This document shows positions 24,670 through 36,655 of a stretch of DNA of 64,000 nucleotides, one piece after another. The notes under the pieces were generated by a model that saw only the letters and a program-made list of their open reading frames with translations, searched no databases and had not been told where the DNA came from. Within the stretch, counting starts at the first letter, position 1; every line of letters begins with the position of its first letter. A program made the translations under genes and the position numbers. The DNA is taken from NCBI GenBank assembly GCA_905178155.1, contig CAJINV010000015.1:1728538-1792537 (forward strand), given 5' to 3'. This DNA is from Amoebophrya sp. A120. Lineage: Eukaryota; Protista; Dinoflagellata.

Positions 24670-26118
24670 TGCAGATCAATGTCTTGGGGTCTGGGAACTA
24701 CTAGCAGATATCATATTTGCCATGCTGGTGTGTGATGAAGATCAAATTTACAATTGGTGTACTGTACTACTTGATGTTCTGACTGACAAGATGGACTTCC
24801 CCATAAATTTGCCGTAATTTTCACATGACTACAGACCCTGCAATATCACAAGAGCAGACTGCTGTGTGATGGAGTGTGTCTGTGTGCATCCTTGATTTGC
24901 CACGAAGCTGCAGGACTGAAAAGCTACCCAGATTGTCCTTGACATATTTCAACTGCATACCACGACGTTCAAACTGTTGCTGGTGATGCTGTTCCCCCTG
25001 TGCGACCACGTGGACAAGACGGTGCCGCAATAACTGAAGGCATGTCACGAGTAACACTCTCCGAGAAGACCGTAGTAGCGGTGATTTACGCCACAGAGGC
25101 AGAGATGCGTCACATCGTAGATCTCATGAACAACGCTAATGCACGGCACGACCCGGAAGTCGAAGTAGCAAGAGCACTGCTACGCTTTGATGATGTCGAT
25201 GTGGTAGAGCCTCTTCCTTGATTGATGACGAAGACCCCGACGCAGGTGAAGGAAGAAGTTGATTGAATTTACGTGTTTCGTCGAGAGCAAAAAAGAAAAA
25301 ACGGGTCGAAGGGGAACGAATGAAGGGAAAGGGGAGGCCGAAAGCCGTGAGCGACGTGCCGCTCCCGTGTAGGGAAAGAAAATGTGGAAGAGCATGAATG
25401 ATCTTTAGAGACATATCAAATACTTGTGCGCCAAGTAATGTAAGTATAGTATCAGCGACATTCATCAATGTCTAAGGATCCTCAGCAAACTACAAGCAAC
25501 TAGCAGATATATCTATGCCATTGGCATTCATTCTGTTTGGGAATAATCAAGCGGCAATCCGTCTTCTGGCCGGCACGATACACACTCACATCGCATCCAC
25601 AAGTGTGCACTGCATGCTCTAATATGCTATCTTTTTCTGAGTCTTTATTTCGTGTTCTGGATCATCCATGTTCGAAGTATTCTAGCTCTATTTTTAGAGC
25701 TGCAACAGAAGAGCATGAAGGGAAAGTTTCCTTGTAAGCGAAAATCGAATTCGCATTCGGTACGAGCTTTTTTCGTGTCAGTGATAGAAGACGATGCGGC
25801 CCCACTGAATGTAAAAAGAGTCAGTAAGTTCGTCGTTGAGAGTGTGAGCAAGAAAAAAAGGAATCCCCGCCCATCGACATCAAATCGCGTAGGTTATTTT
25901 GTAAAACTTCGCAGGTTCTTGTTTTTTCCTTAGTCTTCCCCGTCCGCTCTCGAATTCATTTTGATTCTACCCCAACTTGTTGATTTGGATTTCGTTATCA
26001 CCCACAAACCAGAAATCGTCTCTTTCCTACAGAAAGTCAACTCTGTCGTGGTCGAAAAGACGGAATACTTACACCGAATCCAGATAAAGGCAGGAAAAAC
26101 ACGAAGAAGTTCAACAAG

Positions 26119-29100
26119 ATGGTCTCCCGCACGCGCCGAGCAACGGCTCGCACTGTAGCGGCTGCCGTGGCTGTCGCATCGGCATCGGTGCATGCCAGTA
26201 ACCCGATGACATTGTTGAATGCCGGGGGAAAAAACGTCGCTGTTCCCGTCTCCTTCCCAACAACAAACCTCGTCGACTCCCAGTGGAACGAGTTCAAAAA
26301 GAAATTCAACAAACACTACGAGTCACCCCAAGAGGAAGAAAAGCGGAAGCAGATCTTCGTCGAGAACTTGAAACGGTTGGAAGAGTTGAACGAAAAGGAC
26401 AACAACTGGATTCCGTTCATATCCTGCGCAAAAGTATCGTACTCGTACGTAGTAATCGCAGTCATGCATATACAAATCTCCATACCGAGGTAAAACAGCA
26501 TGACAAATTTTATTTGTCATGCTGACCTCCGAATTGGTAATGCGATATCTACTAGTACGATACTTTTGCAGTGCATAGTCCAGTCATCTCACCCCCTTCG
26601 CGGACCAAACGAAGGACGAGTTCATGAAGCGGAATTCGTTGATTCTGACCAAGGCAGAGAAGAGCAAGATGCTGAAGGGGGTGCAGGTACTTATTTACAG
26701 TGGTGATTGCTGTGTAGACAGATGACCTAGGACTAGTAACTTATCAGTCTTCACGTGCAGGATGCGATACGGATCGCTTTTTATCCACACTCTGCTCAAC
26801 GTCCTCATCTACTTTGCATAAGTAGACAAATTGATGCAGAAAATTCATACTCAAAAAAGAAAAACTACACCGTTTTTCCAGATCGCCCCCGCGCTGCCCG
26901 CTCCCTTCAAACTGTCTCTCCCGGACCACTATTCCTGGTTGTATGACAATGCACAACTCCCCCTCCCCCTCATTTGTCATGGAAAATACCAAATCCAGCC
27001 CTTTCCCTGAAGCACTGCTTGCATGACAGATTCCGCAAGCTGAAACAGCACTAGAATCGTTCGCAAATTTGTCATGCAAAAGCTGCATTTATGCCAGCAC
27101 TTGTGTTGCTGTTTATGCCCTTCAAATGAGGGGGAGGGGGAGTAGTTGTGCACTCTCATAGGTTGGACCACGGTTACACTACCCCCGTGAAGAATCAAGG
27201 TCAGTGCGGGTCCTGTTGGGCTTTCGCGACGGCGGGAAACGTGGAAGGTGCCGCTTTGGTCGAGTTGAAAGAACTGTTTTCGCTTACGGGATGGCAAAAG
27301 TATCGTATTTTACGCAGTAATTGCATGAAAAATTTACCAACATGTTGACAAATTTACAACGACGCATGAAAAATTGAATTTGTGGTGCGGGTTTGGATCA
27401 GAAAGGAATTTTGTGATGCATGACTGCGATTAGGATTACTACGAAACGCGTACCATACGATACATTTTTGCAATGCATATTGGTTTCCGAGCAGCAGCTG
27501 GTCGATTGCGACAAGTCGGACAATATCAAATGCAAATATGTCTGGGTCTGGAAGATTCTAAATTTGTGATGCTGTCTACGGAGTCTAAAAAAACTTGCAT
27601 TGCATGACCAGCAAGAGGACTCCCGCTTGTGCTTCGCGGAGAGGGCATTTCTCATGCGGTAGAGGTAGCACAGAGCCCTCTAAAATAAACCTGTAATGCT
27701 TTTGCATGCATCACAGACGTCATGGGTAACGTAGAATATGCATGACAAACCAGGCAACCTTCCAGACCCAGACACATTTGCAGTTGATAGACAACGGCTG
27801 CGACGGCGGGTTGCCGGAACTCGCGGACAAGTGGCTGATCGCCAAGGACGTGGTATGCATTGCAAGAATGTCTGCGTCTGGATTTGTGATGCGAGATCTG
27901 AAGGGCAAGAAAATCTGTAGTGCATGAATACGATAAGCGATAAGCAACTTTTTTTGTCGTAAACGATGCCAGTTTGTCATGCGCCTTTTCTTGCTGATGG
28001 ATCCTCAACAAGAGGCCCGCCTCGCATAATTTCTGATGCTGTCACGCCATACATGGAGCCACTATGTAATTCAAGTATCAGCAGTACAAATTTCCGGACC
28101 CAGACACATTTGCAATGCATATGTGGGCTTGGAATACGAGAACGAGTATCCCTACCACGGTATTGTGGAGAAGTGCCACCTATCCTGTGCAAAAGTATCG
28201 TACTCGTAGTAATTGCAGTCATGCATTGCAAATCTTTTTCTTAGGGTAAATCTGCATTGCAAATTTTATTGCTCATGCTGAGGAAATTTGTAATGCATTT
28301 ATATACGAGTGCGATGCTTTTGCGGTTCATACCACCAAAACCCCAAGAAGGAACGGATCTTCGTCAACAACTTTCTCAAAATCAGTACTAATGTCCGGTT
28401 TCTTTGTTTGTCATGCTGAGACAGGTCACGTAAGTGTGAGTATTGTAAACAACGATGTGTTCAATGCCAAGCCACTTGGGAAGATGCAGCCGAAGGAGAA
28501 GAGCAAGAGAAGTGTAGGTTGTCGTGCGTCAGCTCCTACTATTAACGATGAAAAAGAAAAAATACTTTATTTCAACCTAAGCCAAACAAACTCATCTACC
28601 TCAGGTGACGTCGAGGACGAGATCGCCGCTGCGTTGGTGAAATACGGCCCGTTGTCGATCGGAATCAATGCGAATTTGATGCAGATGTACATGTATCAAA
28701 TGCAAAAATGTCTGGGTCTGGAAGGATGCGAACTTGTGATGCATACTTGGATCATACAAAAATCTCTCCTGCCTAGACAGCAAAGGGAGCTACTTCCCCT
28801 GTCGCCGAAAGAAGGCGTTTGTCATGCGGATTAAGCATTGGGAAGCCGTCTCAAAACCTGTGATGCTAGGCCTTGCATGGCACCCCTTCTGTGTCAAGCA
28901 GACACAGCATCACAAACCTCAGCAATCTTTCAGACCCAGACATTCACACTTTTGCAATGCATAGCATGGGCGGTGTCGCCGACCCGGACCCCGAAGCCTG
29001 CGACCCGGAGCAATTGAACCACGGGGTGGTGATGGTGGCTTTCGGTCAGGAGGACGCGCACCAAATCGTGAAGCACCCCCGGGTATCAAATGTAAATCTA

Positions 29101-29865
29101 AATATGTCTGGGACTGGACGAAGAATGCAGATTTTTGTCATGCTGTTTGTGCATGATACAGAAGGTCTTGCACGGAAGTCCTAGCATCACAGGTTTCGAG
29201 AAGGTTCCGCAATGCCTAACCCGCATGAGAAATCCCCCATTTTGGTGACACGAAATGGGCATCCTTTGCTGCCTATGCATGACAGATTTGTGTGTGTTAT
29301 GAAATGCGCATCACAAGTTCGAAATCGAAACCTTCCCTGTGCTGTACCACGGTCTTGTTTCCAGACAAAACACCAGACATTTTTACGGTTGATAGCGGGA
29401 AGTCAAGAAGCTGTTGCAGTACCACCTGGCTCTGCAATCTGCCGGTGTCCTGACGCACGGAGTGACGGCGGAGTCGGTCTCGCAGATGGTGGCGAAAGAA
29501 TCCGATGGGTCGGTGAAGAAGTGGTGGAAGATCCGGAATTCTTGGGGACCGGAATGGGGCGAGGATGTATTTCTTCTCGAATTTTCATTGTTGATATGCA
29601 GTGATAGATGTGCAAAAATTATTCCCACCGTACCGAATACGACCTACTTTCTCATCCTAAATCCACATCACAGGGCCACTACCGCATCATCCGAGGAAAA
29701 GGCGCCTGCGGATTGAACACAATGGTCACTACGGCCACGGAAATCAAGAAGCATGGGAATGCGGAGAAGAACAGCATCCCCCTGTTGCCACCGAGAATCC
29801 CCGGGGTGGTGACCGTTTCGGAGGAAGATGCCGTGCTGCCCGAATCCAAGGAGTTCTACGTGTAA
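26119..29865 (+). CDS. Papain-family (C1A) cysteine protease, cathepsin F/L-like, ~448 aa; 8 introners and 3 GT-AG introns (26687-26881, 28385-28604, 29567-29673)
   Basis: I29-type prodomain ([24 protein letters not shown]; [11 protein letters not shown]), [39 protein letters not shown]; spliced CDS 1347 nt. Confidence 0.95.
26420..26577. mobile_element. Introner family D
   Basis: DR gttca/gtcca. Confidence 0.9.
26942..27160. mobile_element. Introner family J (TATGACA.TGCACAACTCCCCCTCCCCCTCATTTG)
   Basis: DR ggttg/ggttg. Confidence 0.92.
27285..27479. mobile_element. Introner family D, degenerate (starts TAC)
   Basis: DR tcgct/ttggt; restores [11 protein letters not shown]. Confidence 0.85.
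27524..27789. mobile_element. Introner family C
   Basis: DR gacaa/gacaa. Confidence 0.92.
27854..28121. mobile_element. Introner family C
   Basis: DR cgtgg/tgtgg. Confidence 0.88.
28181..28331. mobile_element. Introner family D
   Basis: DR ccacc/ccacc. Confidence 0.92.
28694..28963. mobile_element. Introner family C
   Basis: DR acatg/gcatg. Confidence 0.9.
29084..29394. mobile_element. Introner family C
   Basis: DR ccggg/gcggg. Confidence 0.85.
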
Positions 29866-29879
29866 ACAAAACGTGATGA

Positions 29880-30131
29880 TATAACCCGCTCAGGTGTTAC
29901 AATCTCAAACGTTACAATAGAATATGGAAATCTGTGATGCAAGAGTGCATGATCTAGCCAACTCTCATGGGATTGCGCATGACAAGTTCCGGAGCCCCAA
30001 ACCCCACAACAATCCGGCGAAATTTGTATTGCAGAAAGTGGAACACTCTGCGAGGTTGTCATGCTCAACTTGCAAGACAAATCTCAGACTCTATTGTAAC
30101 GTTTGAGATTGTAACATCTGAGCGGGTTATA
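29880..30131. mobile_element. Introner family K (TATAACCCGCTCAG.TGTTACAATCTCAAACGTTACAATAGA) in the 3' UTR
   Basis: ~42-bp near-perfect TIR; DR gatga/gatga. Confidence 0.92.
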
Positions 30132-30257
30132 GATGAAGATGATGATTTTTTACGGAGTGGAAGGTTTTATAGATTTCTATCGAAGAGCAAGAGGGGGCCT
30201 ACGAAGTTTTTCAAATGCACTTGCGGATGTATTAATTTCTTCTAGAAAGAGCAGGAA

Positions 30258-31155
30258 CCTCCTGTGAAGGCCGTCGCCTGAGGAGATCTCCCGGTCGTAA
30301 CGTGGGGAGAAGCAGGCCGCATGCTTATCAGGGCAAGCGGTTAGTGGATCTGGTTGAAAGAGTGGCCCCAGTGAATGAGGGCCGCCGCCTCTCATGATGT
30401 CACCTAGTAGACCATATATAAGCGCTGGCCTTGTTGTTCTACGGAGAGCTAGCAGCAAGCAACTCCGTGGCCCATGCGCTTGCGTTGCTGCGCAGGTTCG
30501 CAACAAAAAGGCACGCCGCCGCTGTGCTGTTCGTTGCCTGCCACTCGGGTGCCGCGGCTGCGCCTCGCGCGTCCGCAGGACGCGACCGGGCAGCAAGCCG
30601 AGTGGCACCGCCGACGAGCGCAGCTGCGCTACCGTCAGGGGAGCGCAGCCACCCAGATGGCTGGCCACCCCACCCTCCCGGATGCCGCCCCTTATCCGAG
30701 CTCGGCCAAGCCCATACCGAGAATTATAGCGCCGACCGTTGATAGTGCGCGGCCACCCGGTTGGTCGGTACTATGAAGAGCGCGCCACGACAGGCGAGCC
30801 CTGTGGCACCACTGAAACGGCCACACAGCAACACACTGGCGGCGCACAACCGCCCACGAGTTGAGCGCCCCCAGACATGCAGATGCTTGCTGTGGCTACG
30901 CAGTGCAATTCCAAATCGGACGAAAATCTACGGCAGTCGTGGGGAGGTGTTGGTGTTCGCGAGGCACTACGTCCGACGCGCCTCCGAGCCGTGAGGGCAC
31001 TCGGAAGGGTAGGAGAGAGGGACCGAGAGTGCACCTGCTCCGGGTGCGGGAGATCCTGGCGAGACAGATCCCACAATGCACTGAGGCCCATCCGTCCCCT
31101 TGTACGTGCGATGTTTGTGCACAGTGGTCGGCATCGCCTGTGGCTTCGAAAATAA
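30258..31155 (+). mobile_element. GC-rich 898-bp insertion, probable 5'-truncated degenerate non-LTR retrotransposon
   Basis: 15-bp TSD TAGAAAGAGCAGGAA (30243-30257, 31156-31170); A-rich 3' end; absent from two paralogous copies of the site; RNase H-like and Cys-rich peptide remnants. Confidence 0.7.
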
Positions 31156-31271
31156 TAGAAAGAGCAGGAAGGGCTAGGGCAAGAAGTGCGTCATGTGAAG
31201 AAAAAAAGAACCCTTGTAAAATGCCACCAGAGTCCAAGGAATTCTACGTGTAAACAAAAGAACGTGACGAT

Positions 31272-31555
31272 TATCCTGAGTAAAAACGTACCCACACCAG
31301 AGTCAGGATGGGGAATCTGCTAGACAAATCAGCCAGCTTTGGTTGTTTGGCATGACAAGTTTGCCCGCGTAGTGTAGTGCTGTTGGAGCTAGTTTAGCAG
31401 CATTACAGATCTAGCCTCTCGCGCTGATTGGAGCATGACAAATTTCAAAACCGCATTAGAAAATGCTTCTCATGGGGCTCCGCATGAGAAACATTTTAAG
31501 CATGCAGAGTTGCATGACAACTATGGCGTGGGTACTTACGTTTTTACTCAGGATA
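31272..31555. mobile_element. Introner family A (very similar to 207-486), non-coding position
   Basis: DR acgat/acgat. Confidence 0.92.
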
Positions 31556-33993
31556 ACGATGATGATGATGATTTTTTACGGAGTGGAAGGTTTTTAGATT
31601 TCATCAATCGAAAAGGTCTACTACGAAGTTTTTCAAATGCACTTGCGGATGTATTTCTTCTAGAAAGAGGAGGAAGAGCAAAAGGGGCGTCATGTGAAGA
31701 AAAAAAGAACCGTTGTAAAATGTATGACCGGGCAGCAATGGTCTTGCGAGCTTGTGAGTCAAGGCCAAGGATGGTCGGTCTGTATTTTATGCATCGAGTG
31801 CAAGCTCTTCCTCAACGGTAACCAGAACCGAAGTCAGATCAGTGCAGCGGTGACGCAGGTTTTGCGTCATTTTTCTGTTGCTGAAGATTCTTCGAGTTCT
31901 CAGGGAGTCGCGCCCCTGCCGATGGTAGCCTATTTGATTCTGCATCTGTTTACCAGGGAGGCTCGTGTTGTGTTAACCTGGGGATGCGGGGGATTGATGC
32001 TATTTTGCCCTACGTGGCTTTGATTTCCCAGGGGTCAGGAGACGTGATGTCGTTCTGGCTGGGTACGTGGTTTTATTCAGACATCTGGAGAAGTAGAAAC
32101 GATCTCTACTTCGTACGGATGCGTATTCGATCTATTTGATTGGGTGATCCAATCATAGTGATTCGGGTGTTCCGATCACTGACTCTGGCTGTTTTGCTTC
32201 TTGCACTTGTTCGGCTCTGTGGCACTGGCGGTAACCAATCCGTTAAACCTAAGAGAGGACCGGCGTGGGACGCAAAGCACTGGGGGCGTTTGGTGGATGT
32301 TAAATTTTGATGGTTCTCAGTGCTAGGAGCCGAACTTGCGGCCAAGATGTCAAAACAACTGTGGTCAGTGATCGGAAATCTTCTCCTTTTATTTTCCGGC
32401 TGGGTATGCCGTTTTCAATACCATTCCTGATTTTTCCTTTCCGTGACTTTGTTTTCGCTTCAGGCCTTGAGGGTGAGAGCGCTAGGTTTCTGAGCAGACT
32501 TCGATATGTTAGGATGCCGTGCTGCCCGAATCCAAGGAATTCTACGTGTAAACAAAACGTGATGATGATCATGATGATGATTTTTTACGGGGTGGAAGGT
32601 TTTTAGATTTCAATCGAAAAGGTCTACGAAGTTTTTCAAATGCACTTGATGCGGATGTACTTCTAGGAAGAGCGGGAAGGGCAAAAGGGCCGTCATGTGA
32701 AGAAAAATATAGAACCGTTGTAAAATGCCTGCAGTACTATCATCCTGCCGTGGCCGCTCTAAGAAACTAAAGGTGAACCACAGTGCAAAGAAACTTAACG
32801 AAATTGATGCTGCATCGGTTTTTTGGTTCGATAGCCCTCTCCTTGACAAAGTTTCTCGATGTGAATCTAGTTTAGATTGTGAATCAGTTGTCTGAAGAAT
32901 GAGAAATGTGGATGGCAATTTTACCAATACAGTCGCGAACTTGATTTTTTTCTACATAGTACCAAGAGCTCAATTGGTCCTTCTGCGGACTGGCTTTTGG
33001 CTGCAGATTAATGAAGGTTAGTCTTTACAACTACCCTACAATTTATTACAAATATTTCGTTTCTCCCGAGGTAGAAGTGCCTCACCCTTCACCTGTCAAA
33101 CCATTACTTAATCTCCCTACCGGCCTTCAGAATCTAAATCTATTACCTCTCCACTAAAACCTACATCCCTAAATTTTTTTTGCGTCTCCGGTGCTCAGCT
33201 GCTCATGCGGGCGACTTTCCTCGAGTGAAGTAAAGATCTCTTTGCTTTACGGAAGCACCAGTGTCAGCAATCTAACCTTTTGAACTTTTGTGTAAAAAGT
33301 ACAGTACGATGAAAAAGTCAAATTGTTTGGCCAGTTTGTCGTCTCAAAAAGCGATTGGATATTTTCAAGAGCCCAAAAAAGAAGCTACTCCGACCGCTAC
33401 CGGCGAAGGCACGGCCTACGGAGCATCAACGTCAGGGTGACACGTCAAGCTAATTTCGAGGACCTTTTTCCCCTCTATTTCACGTACGCCTGAGTGTGAG
33501 CGAATCAGTGCTACACACCGTGAAAAAGGACAGCTGGCACCTTCGGTCTTGCCTGCGCCAGCCCAAAACTAAGAAGAGATTGTATGTGAAGCGAGGGCAA
33601 CTTCTTGAGAAAGTACGTCTAGGCCCAGGAGGTGCAGGAACAGCACGCAAACATAAGCACTTAAAAACCTCAACCTGGTCGAGTAGGAACCAACCTAATA
33701 AACCAAAGGACCAGGGCCAGCGAAAATTGGGTGCGCCTGGCGTCAAAAGAAGTTAGCCCTGAAGATGTTGTAAAGATTATTGCGACCACCATCCACGGTG
33801 CGTTGACATCGTGGTCAGAACTACAACCCTCATTATGAAACGAGCTTCCAAGAGACTTTCCACCACAGTTTCAGTTTCAACCGTTCTAGACAAAGCTACG
33901 AAAAGCCAAAAAACTACTTCTACGAGAACAGCACCAGATAGTGCTTTACTTGTTTCAAAATCTACCTCTAAGTCCAGCAAAACTTCTCCCAAG

Positions 33994-35849
33994 ATGAATT
34001 TCGGTTCAGAAAAGCCGGTTTTCATCTACTTCAAGGGCGCGGGGCGTGCCACCGCCGCCCGGGTCGCGCTCTTCAATGCGTTTGGGGAAAACGGGTGGGA
34101 GAATAAAATGCTGCCGTACCAGGAGTTCGCGGACCAGAAGGCGATCTGGCAGAAATCTTTGGACGCTCCAAACGTCATCAACGCGGACGGGAGCAAGCAG
34201 ATCAAAGACGATGAGACGGGCGACATGAAATCGGTGAAAAATGACTACGGCGGATCCTTGTTGCAAACCCCGCTGGGCTACCTCCCGCAGCTCCACTTCG
34301 GCGGGAAAATCATCACGCAGTCCGCCGCGATTGCCCGGTGGGCCGCGGGACTGGGGGAGAAGCCCCTGATGCCGAAGGATCATTTTGAACGGCTCGAGTG
34401 CGAGGAGTGCATGATGGTGTGTGAAGAGATTTTGGGGAAAGCACCGGGGGATGCAGATAACGAGGTATAGTTCTGTTTTAAGTATGTGTATGGTGATTCT
34501 GATTTCATCGGACTTCTGATCAAACACGAAATTTGTATTGCAGCACATGCGGTAGAGTTTTGCCTGTCATGCGCATTTCCGCTTTGAAATTGAAGCTGAG
34601 TGACGTAGCTGGTGAACATGCCTATCTTCTTCACAATACAAATGAACAGAAAAAGCTGAAACTGCGCGCGGAGTATGCGGAAGGGCCTATGAAGAAGGGC
34701 ATGACCTTATTAAATGTAAAAATGTCTGGGTCTGGGTCTGGAAGATTCTAAACTTGTAATGCTGTCTCTGGATTCTAAAAAAATTTGTATTGCATGACCA
34801 GCAAAAGGACTCCAGTTTCTGCTACGTGGAGAGGGCATGTCTCATGCGGTAGAGGCATCACAAAGTCCTCTAAAAATCTGTGATGCTAGTTCATGCATCA
34901 CAGACATCATGGGTCATTGAAAATATGCATGACAAAACTGGCAATCTTTCAGACCCAGACATTTTTACATTTGATAGACCTTCATCGAAGCCAAATTGGC
35001 GGCGAACCAGGGCTTTGCGGTCGGTTACCAGGTGCAAATATGTCGGGGTCGTCTGGAAAAGTGCAAGGTTTGTCATGCTCGACTAACAAGACTCTCAAGT
35101 CTGTCATGCACGCTAACCAAAAGCCCCACTTTTCTGTGATGCAGAAACGCAGTCTGTCATGCAAAATCGGCAACACCTAGAAGCTCAGAAACTTGGCATG
35201 CTGAGCAATCACTTATGGCGCTCTCATGCTACGCCACACAGCATCACAAATTTCCAGACCCAGACCACAGATTTGCAAAAATGCATATCGGAGGGAAATT
35301 TACCATCGCGGACGTGTCGATTATCACCGTGTTATCCAAGAAAAAAACGGTGCATAGTGTAACTCTGTGTTCCAGACGAGGCAAGACACGTACAACTGTC
35401 ATGCTGGACATGCATCAGAGGCTCTTTTCGGACGTGTTTTCACGTACTAGCTACGCATGACAGGTTTTCTCTCATGCAGAGCAAACTTGTGATGCTGGTC
35501 CTCCAAGAAAGTTACACTTACACAGTTTTTTTCTTGCATACGTGTCCGACATGGTCTATTCCGGCGATTTCGACGGGATTCCGCCGTCTATCCACTGCAA
35601 AAATCCAAAAATATCGTACTCGTAAATTGCAAGTCTTGCGTTACAAATCTTTTTCTTAGGGTAAATCAGCATGACAAATTTTATTTCTCATGCTGAGGAA
35701 ATTTGTAATGCATTTATACGAGTACAATACCTTATTTGCAATGCATACCGTCCTACTTGGACCAATTCGAAGAAATCAGCCGGCACCGGGCGACGTTACC
35801 GAAAAAAGTGACGGTGTTGAGCGAGTACAGGAGAATCTATCCGTTTTGA
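33994..35849 (+). CDS. GST: Glutathione S-transferase (Tyr-type, sigma-like), ~250 aa; 4 introners and 1 GT-AG intron (34465-34649)
   Basis: YFKGAGRA, TPLGYLPQL..GKIITQSAAIARW, FAVGGKFTIADV; spliced CDS 753 nt. Confidence 0.88.
34708..34976. mobile_element. Introner family C
   Basis: DR gacct/gacct. Confidence 0.92.
35026..35287. mobile_element. Introner family C, degenerate (starts TAC)
   Basis: DR tcggt/tcgga. Confidence 0.85.
35333..35540. mobile_element. Introner family G
   Basis: DR cgtgt/cgtgt. Confidence 0.9.
35589..35747. mobile_element. Introner family D
   Basis: DR ccgtc/ccgtc. Confidence 0.9.
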
Positions 35850-36655
35850 TGAGGGAGAGATTTTCAAGATACGACAATAGTTTTCCACCATATCCGGTAC
35901 TGGTCGAGGTCGTGCCGTCAATTATTAGACTCGGCACAAAATCATGCATTTTTTCTTCGATGCGCATGCGAGCCAGCACTTCCAGCACGTTTATTTTTAC
36001 TTTGTCGACACAGCTATATAGCTACGGTCGATTCAAATTGAAAGAGCATTTTTGCTTTTCCTTCGAGGTCTGCCAGTTCATGTGTTGACCCCTTCAACAA
36101 CAATCTTTCATGATTGTATCATCGGCGAGAAACAAGAGTAAGAGAAAATAAAATATTGTGAAAATAATCCGTTGGAGCTTCGACTTATTGTCGCTATGGT
36201 TCGACTTCGACGTCCATCTGGCGGTGATGTTCCGTTCGTTTGGTATGCCTAACGTTTGGTATGCCCAAGACGAAGACGAGGTGAGTGCTGTTTTTGTAAA
36301 ATGTTGCGTTGAGATAGTACTGAAAGAGCGCTGCATCTTCATATACGACCGCGAGGAGCCAATTACCCGTTCATGACCACCAGCTTTTCTTGTTCTGCCA
36401 AAAAAGAATCCAAAAGTAGCGAAATTTATTGCCAAGCCCAAGCCTAATAAATCGCAAAGAGATTCTCCTTGTGCGCACACGGTAACTTTTACTTTTGTCT
36501 TTGTGAAGATGTCGACCACGTGGAGAATAAAAATTTTGTAGATGACGATAATAATTTTCGAGAGGAGTTGCTTGCTTATTCAAAAGTGAGGTGCGTTGTG
36601 GTATGTGGTCCCCGATACTAAGTATACAACTTTGACAGAGCAAGAATTGTACACC

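Larger units (their letters stand above)
29826..32729 (+). repeat. Three copies of the last codons + 3' UTR of the protease gene (~29826-31225 interrupted, ~31221-31722, ~32512-32729)
   Basis: Shared TCCAAGGARTTCTACGTGTAAACAAAA..GATGATTTTTTACGG.GTGGAAGG..CGTCATGTGAAGAAAAA..GTAAAATG. Confidence 0.9.

Noticed and set aside
25000-25221. 73-aa ORF with a protein-like composition
   Set aside because: Too short, with no motif or independent support.
31723-32511. Possible additional element starting TATGACC after repeat copy 2
   Set aside because: No matching inverted terminus or 5-bp DR found.
33811-33993. N-terminal extension of the GST ORF
   Set aside because: AT-rich, UTR-like sequence; the GST fold starts just after ATG 33994. 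A targeting presequence cannot be excluded.
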